Below are positions 1 through 7,973 of a DNA stretch of 10,381 nt, piece by piece. The notes beneath the pieces were generated by a model. It ran no database searches. It was not told the DNA's origin and saw only the letters and a program-made list of their open reading frames with translations. The position numbers were made by a program, and so were the translations under genes. The DNA comes from Octopus sinensis (Eukaryota). How positions within the stretch are numbered: the stretch's first letter is position 1; each line of letters begins with the position of its first letter. Where the stretch lies: assembly GCF_006345805.1 (NCBI RefSeq), contig NW_021827393.1:1-10381 (forward strand), read 5' to 3'.

Positions 1-31
1 GGGTCGACTAAAGGTGGTGCTCGAGCAGGCC
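1..31 (+). mobile_element. 3' tail fragment of a SINE
   Basis: TCGACTAAAGGTGGTGCTCGAGCAGGCC resembles the reverse complement of 9276-9304 (GGCCATGCTAGAGCACCGCATTTAGTCGA) in the SINE at 9231-9481. Confidence 0.55.
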
Positions 32-204
32 AACAGAAGAAAGAGTGAGAGAAAGTTGTGGCGAAGGAGTACAGCAGGGATCGCCATCACCCCCTGCCAA
101 AGCATCGTGGAGCTTTAAGTGTTTTCGCTCAATAAACACTCACAACGCCAGGTCTGGGAATTGAAACCACGATCCTACGACCGCGAGTCCGCTGCCCTAA
201 CCAC
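24..204 (-). mobile_element. tRNA-derived SINE, head and part of body
   Basis: The minus strand reads GTGGTTAGGGCAGCGGACTCGCGGTCGTAGGATCGTGGTTTCAATTCCCAGACC. This is a tRNA-like head with A-box-like (GTGGTTAG) and B-box-like (GGTTTCAATTCC) motifs, followed by non-tRNA body sequence. Confidence 0.7.
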
Positions 205-627
205 AAATTTTATTGCAATACAATAGTATTATTTTCGAGCTAAATAAAGCATCATAAACGTAGAATTATAAATAGGAAATAGTGGCGCAACAAATCACCT
301 ATGCTTGCTGGAAATAGCAGTTGATAACCGTACGACACTATCTTCACTGAATGTATACAGACAAAGATGTGTGCGGGCGTTGAACATAAAAAGTTTTCGT
401 CTTATCTCTAGGAAGAACGCCGGATAAATGGATAATCTAGATTGGATAACCTAATACTCGAGTTTCGGACTTTCCAGAATATGTTTGTTATCGTAAATCT
501 GGTTAGTCTTCTTCTGCTAGGCTCACCGAAGACGAAATGTAAAATATCCGCTACATCAATGCCAGTATATTCGGCTGATACGCCTAGCCATAAACAGAAC
601 CGAGATCAGTGATAAAGTTTTATATAA

Positions 628-664
628 ATGGGAACGTGAAACTGAGTAACAGTTTTTGTGATGT
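628..664 (+). repeat. Fragment of an interspersed repeat carrying the 3' half of a hammerhead-like motif
   Basis: ATGGGAACGTGAAACTGAGTAACAGTTTTTGTGATGT is homologous to the reverse complement of 7881-7932. Confidence 0.55.
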
Positions 665-721
665 CTTTACTTACAAAAGAACGAGACCTCGATATTAGAG
701 AAATAGAGGATTATTTATATA

Positions 722-922
722 TGTTATAAATTAGAACAATCAGTAAAACGTTGTCATTATAGTACTCGATGTTTTGAATGTCGGAGCGAAGAGTTACGAT
801 ACATTCTCGTCGGCTATTAATGGTTGCCATTAATAGCCGACGAGAATGTATCATAGCTCTTCGCTTCGGCATTCGAAACTCCGAGTACTGTAATGACAAC
901 CTTTTACTGTGTGCTCTAATTT

Positions 923-928
<6 letters not shown>
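722..928. repeat. 207-bp imperfect palindrome (foldback/MITE-like)
   Basis: Arms 722-823 and 827-928 are 102 bp each and align without gaps. Manual count gives 12 mismatches, with the inner 26 bp perfect and a 3-nt loop (TTG). Confidence 0.95.

Positions 929-964
<36 letters not shown>
927..964. repeat. (CA)n(TA)n microsatellite
   Basis: Directly visible. Confidence 0.95.
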
Positions 965-1130
965 CAGTACCGTGCAAAAGTCTTCGGTCACTTTAAAATA
1001 TTGTAAATTTCTGCTAGTTACCAACTTATAAGTGGCTGTTTCGCAGTGCGTTTTTTTACAGAAGAAACATTGGTCCTGTTGGAGTTATTTCCATATCTAA
1101 TCAAATTCAAGATACAGTACTTTAAAACAG
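965..1130 (+). mobile_element. Orphan end of a Tc1-like DNA transposon (one TIR; inner boundary uncertain)
   Basis: TA|CAGTACCGTGCAAAAGT resembles a typical Tc1-family terminus preceded by the TA target site. No partner TIR was seen in the window. Confidence 0.55.
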
Positions 1131-1164
1131 AACATTCTCGCTTATTAGCGACCAAATCCAAATC

Positions 1165-1250
1165 AACCAAATCCACTCACAAGGTGTCATGCTATGGGAC
1201 TGAACCCGGAAACACGTGGTTGAAAAGCAAACTTCTTATTACATATCCAC
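1165..1250 (-). mobile_element. tRNA-derived SINE head fragment with an internal deletion
   Basis: Its reverse complement matches the copy at 3057-3175 (GGTTCCGAGTTCAGTCCTACTGCGTGGCACCTTG...AGTGGATTT). Confidence 0.7.
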
Positions 1251-1261
1251 GCCTGCGCCTA

Positions 1262-1831
1262 TTCATATATACACCCTCACATATACACATATGCTTATAT
1301 ATGAATATATGCACGCGCTCGCACACACACACACACATACACACACGCATGCACACACACACACACACACACACAGACGCGCGCGTGGGCTCAGATACAC
1401 TTGGATACACATGCATACGCAGAATTGCTACGTATGATATGCAGTTGGATGATCTCTATGTATGTGTGTGTGCGTGCGTGTGTTTGTGTGTGCGCGCGTG
1501 CGTGTGTTTGTGTATGTGTGTGTGTATATGTGTGTGAATGCGTGTGTGGTGTATGTTTTGTAGAAGGTAAGAGAAGGGAATGGGAGATCGCTGAAGGATT
1601 TGGGGAGTGTATAGGTATGTGCTTATCATTGAGTTGGTGTATGTGTGCGTGTGTGTGTGTGTGTGTATGTGTGTACATAAATATATATATACATATACAT
1701 ATGTGTTTGTGTGTGTATGCATGTGTATAAATATGTGTATATATATGTGTGTGTATGACTTTGTGTAATATCTGAAACAATGGAGCTGTCAAATTAGGTG
1801 TGCGTGTGTATTTGTGTGTGTGATGATGAGG

Positions 1832-1875
<44 letters not shown>

Positions 1876-1896
1876 GAGAGAGAGAGAGAAAGAGAA

Positions 1897-1931
<35 letters not shown>

Positions 1932-1945
1932 AAGAAAGAGGGAAG
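1262..1945. repeat. Compound microsatellite block: (CA)n-rich, then (TG/TA)n-rich, then (GA)n
   Basis: CA-rich ~1262-1385, TG-rich ~1457-1822, GA-rich ~1830-1945. Confidence 0.9.
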
Positions 1946-2049
1946 AAGCAGAAATGAAAATAATTAAGCCTTGCTTAAAGTGTTAGTATTCTTCTTGTTC
2001 TTGTTATTGTTGTTATTGAAATTGTTTTCGTTAAGCATTTCGGTCAACA

Positions 2050-2450
2050 AAGAACTTACTGCGCGTAGGTTGGATAGCCAATGAAAACAGAGAGAAGCTC
2101 ACCCACGGTGTTAGCTACCCGGATCTGTAACGATTACATAATCTCCGTTAGTTTGTGGATTGGCTGCTGGGAACATCATTGTACACTTATTGAACTAGCC
2201 TTTTCAACACCTACCTATCTGTTCACCGTGGGACGTTCAAGTGTGATGTCCGGCAGAATGTAAAAAAAAAAAAAATTAAAATTGAAAAGAGAATCAAGAA
2301 CAAAACAGAACAAAAATAAAAAAAAAACAACAATAAAATGGCACACCTGGTTTTGGTTTCAGTTCCGTTGCGCAGCGCTTGCAAGTCCCCAGCCGGGTCG
2401 ACCAATCCCTTGAGAGCAAATTTTCTTCGCGGAAACTGTGTGGTCGCCTG
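2050..2450. promoter_or_regulatory. Possible promoter/enhancer-like unique island
   Basis: Non-repetitive and relatively CpG-containing. It has CCAAT at 2078 and 2402, ATTGG at 2159, a YY1-like AAAATGGC at 2335 and an E2F-like TTCGCGGAAA at ~2426. The evidence is short motifs only. Confidence 0.2.
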
Positions 2451-2451
2451 T

Positions 2452-2881
2452 CATATACATACATAAATACATACATACATACATACATACATACATACAT
2501 GCATACATACATACATACATACATACATACATACATACATACATACATACATACATACATTATGGCTGCCCCCTCGCTATCGAGTATGGCCATTGCACGA
2601 AGCTTAACTGTTACTGGTGCTGTGATCGAATGTGACTTTTTAGCCCAGCTAAAGATCTACAATGTCTTGTACAAAATTGGCAACTAAAACCTTTACTGGT
2701 AATAGCCGGCTGTAGTTGTAACTGGGCTTCATGTACCTTTGCCTGTCGTTTAAGTCCTCCTGCCGAATTACACTCTCTTCCACATGCCCGACAGATATGA
2801 TTAGTATGGTGTGTTAACACCACCACCGGTGGCCAGGTTGTCACTCATCTGTCTCATTTTATGACTACGAGTACGTATGAC
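2452..2881 (-). mobile_element. 5'-truncated RTE-like LINE: ORF C-terminus with two C2H2-type zinc fingers, short 3' UTR and (ATGT)n tail
   Basis: ORF 2611-2844 encodes CRACGRECNSAGGLKRQAKVH and CQFCTRHCRSLAGLKSHIRSQH*. A ~50-nt 3' UTR with a stem-loop (CTCGATAGCGAG) follows and runs directly into (ATGT)n at 2452-2560, as in RTE 3' ends. Confidence 0.75.
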
Positions 2882-2936
2882 TACATACATACATACACAT
2901 ACATACATACATACATACATACATACATACATACAT
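2882..2936. repeat. (TACA)n microsatellite
   Basis: Directly visible. Confidence 0.95.
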
Positions 2937-2939
2937 AAC

Positions 2940-3045
2940 AAACAAAGATACCCTGTTATTGATGCAGAATGAAGGAACCTTGGATCTAGGTTAGAAACCG
3001 GCTCTTTCTCTATTGGCAAGAAATCTTGAAATAAAACTGAACTAT
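2940..3045 (+). repeat. Fragment of an interspersed repeat (probable retroposon 3' part)
   Basis: GGATCTAGGTTAGAAACCGGCTCTTTCTCTATTGGCAAGAAATCTTGAAATAAAACTGA is recalled as a common octopus repeat. There is no second copy in the window. Confidence 0.35.
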
Positions 3046-3056
3046 GACATACATAC

Positions 3057-3473
3057 TTAGTTTGCTTCATAACTACATGGTTCCGAGTTCAGTCCTACTG
3101 CGTGGCACCTTGGGCAAGTGTCTTCTACTGTAACCCCGGGCCAAAGGAGCCTTGTTAGTGGATTTCGTAGATGCAAAGTAAAATTATGTATGTATGCGTG
3201 TATGTATGTGTATGCGTGTATGTATCTATGTATGCTTGTATGTATGCGTGTATGTATTCATATATGCGTTATGTATGCGTGTATTATGTATGTATGCATG
3301 CGTGTATGTATGTATGCTTGTATATATGCTTGTATGTATGTATGCATGTGTGTATGTATGTGTGTGCGTGTGTTTCTCTGTGCGTGTACTTGTTTCTCTA
3401 CTGGCATCTTCACCTCCGGTTTTGGTTTGTTTATGTCCCTGTAAATCAGCGACCAAAGAGATTGATAGAATAA
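3057..3473 (+). mobile_element. Degenerate tRNA-derived SINE with an internal (TATG/TG)n microsatellite
   Basis: It has a B-box-like GAGTTCAGTCC, a CORE-like CCTTGGGCAAGTG and a microsatellite at 3187-3390. The segment 3415-3473 is homologous to the reverse complement of ~9340-9410. Confidence 0.7.
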
Positions 3474-3480
3474 TAATGAT

Positions 3481-3530
<50 letters not shown>
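3469..3530. repeat. (AAT)n microsatellite
   Basis: Directly visible. Confidence 0.95.
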
Positions 3531-3796
3531 GGTGTTTCGTTCAACATCCTAAAGCAACCCTTATTCAGGGACCTTTTGAGCAGGATGGGCTACTCGACCT
3601 GAAGAAAATTCTAACTGGGCCCCACCTGCAAGGTCATGTGCTGTTTATCTTGATATGAGATCACCATGTCGCGCACATATGGTTGGGATGCATGTGCCTG
3701 GTGTACCCTTATCAGACGGGTAGTCATGATGGGTATGCTGGGCTTCGTATATTTTACCCCAGTGTCACTTTGATGGCATGCACTGCTCTCTCACTC
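3531..3796 (+). mobile_element. Probable retroposon 3' end fragment ending in (AAT)n
   Basis: A ~265-bp complex block sits cleanly between two (AAT)n tracts and is recalled as a frequent octopus repeat. No protein homology was recognised. Confidence 0.45.
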
Positions 3797-3845
<49 letters not shown>

Positions 3846-3847
3846 TA

Positions 3848-3897
<50 letters not shown>
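3797..3897. repeat. (AAT)n(GAT)n compound microsatellite
   Basis: Directly visible. It accounts for the poly-N/poly-M in ORF 3683-4381. Confidence 0.95.
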
Positions 3898-3898
3898 A

Positions 3899-4444
3899 CT
3901 TTGTAACAAGTATGGACTTGACAGAGCAAAAAATTGGTACGACCACAAACCTGAAGGCATCGTCGAAAATGCAAATGCAAAGATCCTATGGAATTTTATG
4001 ATTCAGTGCGACCATGAAATAGAGAATAGGAAGCCGGACGTCTTAATTGAGAAAGAAAACAAACTATGCTGGATCATAGATATAGCATGCCCAGCTGACA
4101 ACAAAGTATGCGATAAGGAAGAAAGAAAAGTCGAGAGATATGACCGGTTAGCTTGGGAAGTTAAGCAGTTGTGGTTGATGAAAAAGGTAGCAGGAGTACC
4201 AATAATTGTCGGAGCCCTGGGAACAGTGAGCAAAAATCTCGAGAAGTACGTGGAACAAATAGGGGCTGCAATAAAGGTGGAGCACTTGCAGAAAACAGCA
4301 CTGCTTGGAACCGCTCGAATACTCCGGAAATGCTTGAAAAATAAGAGGTGTTACCTTAGTTCACTAGTAGTGAACAGATAACACTGTAATACATCTCCAG
4401 CGTTAGAAGCTGTGCAAAGGTAATAATATAAGGATGATGATATC
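3899..4444 (+). mobile_element. 5'-truncated R4/Dong-clade non-LTR retrotransposon: restriction-like endonuclease domain plus 3' UTR
   Basis: Translation gives WYDHKPEGIVEN..KILWNFMIQCDHEIENRKPD..IIDIACP..KEERKVERY..VPIIVGALG..LQKTALLGTARILRK, the PD..D..K..Y RLE signature typical of R4/Dong. A probable 1-bp deletion near 4330 would restore the ending RKVLEK* (TAA 4342-4344). The element is followed by (TAA)n. Confidence 0.9.

Positions 4445-4490
<46 letters not shown>
4445..4490. repeat. (TAA)n tail/target tract
   Basis: Directly visible. Confidence 0.95.
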
Positions 4491-4766
4491 TTTAAATTTT
4501 GGCACAGGGCCAGCAATTTCAGACACACAAACGCATGCACACAAACACAGACACACACACACGCGGCGCGCGCGCGCACACACACACACATACATGTATA
4601 TATACATATATCCGACGGGTTCCTTTCAGTTTTCGTCTACCAAATCGAACCCGAAAGAATGAAAGCCAAAGTTGACTTCGGTGAGAATTGAACTCAGGCC
4701 GTAAAGAGCCGGGAGAAATGCAGGTTAGTATTTTGTCCGATGCACTAACGATTCTGCAAGTTCGCC
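4491..4766 (-). mobile_element. Chimeric SINE fragments on the minus strand (tail, CA/TA microsatellite, core piece, tRNA-like head at 4645-4766)
   Basis: The reverse complement of 4645-4766 reads GGCGAACTTGCAGAATCGTTAG...CTGAGTTCAATTC...CTTTCATTCTTTCGGGTTCGA, homologous to the plus-strand copies at 4861-5267. Confidence 0.65.
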
Positions 4767-4860
4767 TAATTAATAATACACCATCATAAGCATAAAGAGG
4801 CAAATTAAGCTATCCAGCACAGTGATAGCTTAATTTTTGACTGGATTATACAGAGCATAT

Positions 4861-5267
4861 GGCGGCGAGTTGACAGAGTCGTAAGAGCGTCAGATGCTTC
4901 ATAGTATTTGCTCCGGTTTTTTGTTGTTCATTCTTTTTGAGGTCGATAAACGAATTAAGGCAATGAGCTGGCGGAATTGTAGGAACATCGGACCGGATGT
5001 CTTGCAGTATTTGTTTCGTCTCTGAGTTCAAATCCCGCAGAGTTCAACTTTTTTGTCTTGCAGCGTTTTCCCCGTCTCTTTGCTTTTTGAGTTCGAAACA
5101 CACCGTTGGCAAATTTGCCTTTCATTCCTTCAGGGTCGATAAAAACAAACCCCAGTGTCAGATGGTAGACAGGAAAAACAGTAAGAATGCCGGGTCGGAT
5201 CAGATGCCTTTCGGTATTTTGGTCTGATTTTTTTGCGTTCTGAGTTCAAATCCTGCCAGAATCTACT
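4861..5267 (+). mobile_element. Four tandem degenerate SINE-head fragments
   Basis: Recurring motifs are GGCG(G/A)..GAG(C/T)TG, GATG..GTATTT, TGAGTTC(A/G)AA (~5024, ~5089, ~5241) and TTCATTC..GGTCGATAAA (~4927-4950, ~5121-5143). Confidence 0.7.
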
Positions 5268-5687
5268 TGGTTGGTAGATGTAACCTGCCACCCGGTCTAA
5301 CACCACCACTCGACACCTTGGCTATTTTTTGTGGAGATGACTATGTTGTAGGCATTCGGGCCAACTTTTCAGCTTGAAGGTACCTTCTCTCAGAAGCCCT
5401 GTAATGCGTCATGTGACCTTCCTACCCTGACTAAAATTGCTGGTACATCTTTGATCGTTCCTCTGCTGAATCAAGATTTCCTTAGGACTATCTTCCATCC
5501 ATCTCTCTCTATATAATGTAATACTAGTAGAATATATTATTCATATAATTTACTTAGTGCAAACATTATCTGGTATATAACTTAATAGACTTGTATATAC
5601 ATAGCACTCCAAGGATGGGGGGGGGGATGAACGTTGTGGTGAATGAGCGCCACAACGTAATTTACTTTCATTAAAATTTGTTTACAG

Positions 5688-5741
5688 ACGTCTTTTCAAT
5701 ACAAGTAAATACGTACATCGACTGTATATATCCGTGGCCAG
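5688..5741 (+). other. Candidate 54-nt host exon
   Basis: It has a T-rich acceptor (TTTGTTTACAG|) and a strong donor (CAG|GTAAGA) in unique sequence, with two open frames. Confidence 0.3.
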
Positions 5742-5872
5742 GTAAGACGGTTTTTTTTTCTCTATTTTGTTGCACACACGCATTTTTGCTAATACATACA
5801 TTAGCGTCGTATTTTTACGTTCGCTATTTCCAGTAAATATCGGTACTTAGTTGTGCCATTTATTTACTAATT

Positions 5873-5876
<4 letters not shown>

Positions 5877-5910
<34 letters not shown>

Positions 5911-5935
5911 GTATGTATATATATATATATATATG
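5877..5935. repeat. (TA)n microsatellite
   Basis: Directly visible. Confidence 0.95.
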
Positions 5936-6062
5936 TCAACACCATGGTTTCCCGTAGTTTTCCTGCACTTGCATTCGCGCGCGCGTGTACACGCACATTT
6001 CTTTTAACAGCTGATAACGCAATGAATTTAAATTTCTTTTTAGATTTAACACCTCAGAAGTA

Positions 6063-7142
6063 ATGACGAAAGCCAGAGTAATCTTTGAAATAAAGGAAAT
6101 TTCTCTTAAAGTGCGTCTGGAAGTTTGAAAGCGCAGTCGAAAAGCAATTGAATGCAAAAGCAGTTTGGAAGGAAATTTAAAACTGATTGACCCTCGCGTA
6201 ACTCGTCAATATTTGAAATTTTTCGACAAGCTTGGAGTTGATAGAACTGTTTAGAATGTCTGCAAGAAATGTTCCGGAAGATTGCGGGCATCGAGACGTC
6301 CTAACAAAGCAAGTTAATGTTCTAGAAACTTATTGCCGGCTTAAAAAAAAAAAAAAAAAATCTATGTGGCTCTCAAGTTGTGTGATAGAAATTTCAAAAT
6401 CAAGCATTCATCGCATTTAGAAGTTATATCATTGGAAATGTTACACTGCAAGAATAGTCCATGTTCTCAATGAAGGTGATTCGGACCGAATAGTGGAATT
6501 TTGTGAGTGGTATTTGGCAAGATGTGTAGAAGATGCACACTTTGCAATATAGATTGTTTTGTGTGGTGAGGCTAAATTTAAATTAAATGGCTCGATAAAC
6601 CGTCACATTTGCCCCTAAAAGGGACCTGAGAATTCGCATATTACGGAAGAACATCGTATTAATGTAGCAGTAGTTACGGTAAGATGCTGATTATCATCAA
6701 AAGGATTAATTGGACCATTCTATCTTTTTTTATGGCACTCTGACTGGTTCCATTTACTTGGACTTGCTGCGACAATCTGTCATACCAACCTTTCAAGAGG
6801 ACTTTGAGATGTGAAGTTTTATTTCCGAAGATGTAGGGCACCCAACACTACAAAGGCCTACATTGATGAGATTTTCCCAAGCAGGTGGATTGGACGATGA
6901 GTTTCAGTAGAATACCCTCCACTATCACTGGACCTCAAATCATTAGAATTGTATGGGGATACTTAGAAGAGAAGGTTTACATTATAAAACGGGCTACAGT
7001 CGACGAAATGAAGACAACCATTGAAAGAGAATGCGCACGAATACTGAACGAAATGTTTCTTGACGTTCACGATTCCATTGTTTTGCGTTAACTGGAGGGT
7101 CTGGTTCAGAACGGGGATCATTTTGAAAACTGGTGTTCATAA
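6063..7142 (+). pseudogene. Decayed Tc1/mariner-superfamily transposase (element ~5936-7250)
   Basis: Translation across stops and frameshifts gives SGR..ISKSSIHRI*..LNEGDSDRIVEFCEW..CGEAKFKLNGSINRH (cf. SDEAxFxLNGxVN)..GLIGPF..GTLTGSIYLDLL..FPSRWIGR..EYPPLSLDL (cf. WPPRSPDL)..VWGYLEEKVY..GDHFE. The catalytic residues are degenerate and the TIRs are not resolvable. Confidence 0.9.
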
Positions 7143-7379
7143 AGATACTAAATCCTGTCTATAGATTCTATCAAATTTTGAAAATAAAACGTATTTCAAT
7201 AAATACTGACTTTAAAATCTTTCAATGTGTATGCACCCCATTCCCCATAATATATATGGTATTTTAACATTAAAATGCTTATACAGTTAAATTAGCGCTT
7301 TCATACATAGTTTAATCATAAGATTTTTCAAATGTGTTTAACTGACAGTTGAGTTCTTGACAACTTTAATATCTCTTAG

Positions 7380-7455
7380 GACGCTCCAACAAGCTGAATT
7401 TTTAGAATACGGTTTTGACCAATCCGCATGCAGCTTAAACATCACGGTTTGCCAG
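7380..7455 (+). other. Candidate 76-nt host exon
   Basis: Acceptor TCTCTTAG|, weaker donor CAG|GTGTAC, and an open frame TLQQAEFLEYGFDQSACSLNITVCQ. Confidence 0.2.
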
Positions 7456-7753
7456 GTGTACCGATATTCTGTAATTTGTTTATATTTATATGCTAGAGAT
7501 ATTTTTTAATCCACATCATTAACTGGTTGTCATATTCTTGCTGTTATTTCCGTTCAGAACAGGTTTGACCATTTTAATAAATCATTTTTCTTCTATCTTT
7601 CTTCCAATCTTCCAATTTAACTTTATGAACATTGAAAAATATAAATATATATTTTTTTAATGTTAGAATATCATAATAAAAAACGTGAAAACAATTTTAT
7701 TCAGCTGATATATAATTCTATACACATTCACACAAATTCGAAACAAGATATAT

Positions 7754-7787
<34 letters not shown>

Positions 7788-7945
7788 CTGAGTAAGCACA
7801 TAAATACGAAACAAAGTGGAAAAAAATTGTACTCGAATACCGGAGGAAGAGTAATATCCGTTATTATTAAAGATGCAAAAACATCACAAAAATATCACAA
7901 AAGACTGCTATTCTGAGTTTCCCGTTCCCGTTCGTTGGGTAGTTG
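7788..7945 (-). mobile_element. Penelope-like repeat remnant with a degenerate hammerhead motif
   Basis: The minus strand reads ACTAC-CCAACGA-ACGGGAACGG-GAAA-CTCAGAAT-A-GCAGT and is homologous to 628-664. It abuts a TA/CA microsatellite at 7749-7787. Confidence 0.45.
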
Positions 7946-7973
7946 TGATCATTCTTCAATAATAAACTATGTA

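Noticed and set aside
140-204. Functional tRNA gene
   Set aside because: The 5' end is truncated, there is no full cloverleaf, and it continues into SINE body sequence.
711-996. Opposing ORFs 711-899 (-) and 778-996 (+) with similar peptides
   Set aside because: The similarity is a direct consequence of the palindrome. There is no sign of coding function.
1046-1792. HT/CV-rich ORFs
   Set aside because: Translations of (CA)/(TG) microsatellites.
2611-2844. Host C2H2 zinc-finger gene
   Set aside because: There are no TGEKP linkers, and the short 3' UTR running into a tandem tail fits a LINE end better.
3599-3625. CTGAAGA as a possible hammerhead core
   Set aside because: No stem II plus GAAA arrangement or stem I pairing follows.
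2294-3658. MYVC/HTYI-repeat ORFs
   Set aside because: Translations of (TATG)n and (AAT)n repeats.
3683-4381. 232-aa poly-N/poly-M fusion protein
   Set aside because: Chance read-through from a repeat across stop-free trinucleotide tracts into the LINE fragment.
4861-5267. CRISPR-like or regular repeat-spacer array
   Set aside because: The units are irregular, diverged SINE fragments in a eukaryotic context, with no cas genes.
5270-5500. Complex sequence block, possibly a LINE or exon fragment
   Set aside because: The minus-strand frames I translated contain stops and show no recognisable motif.
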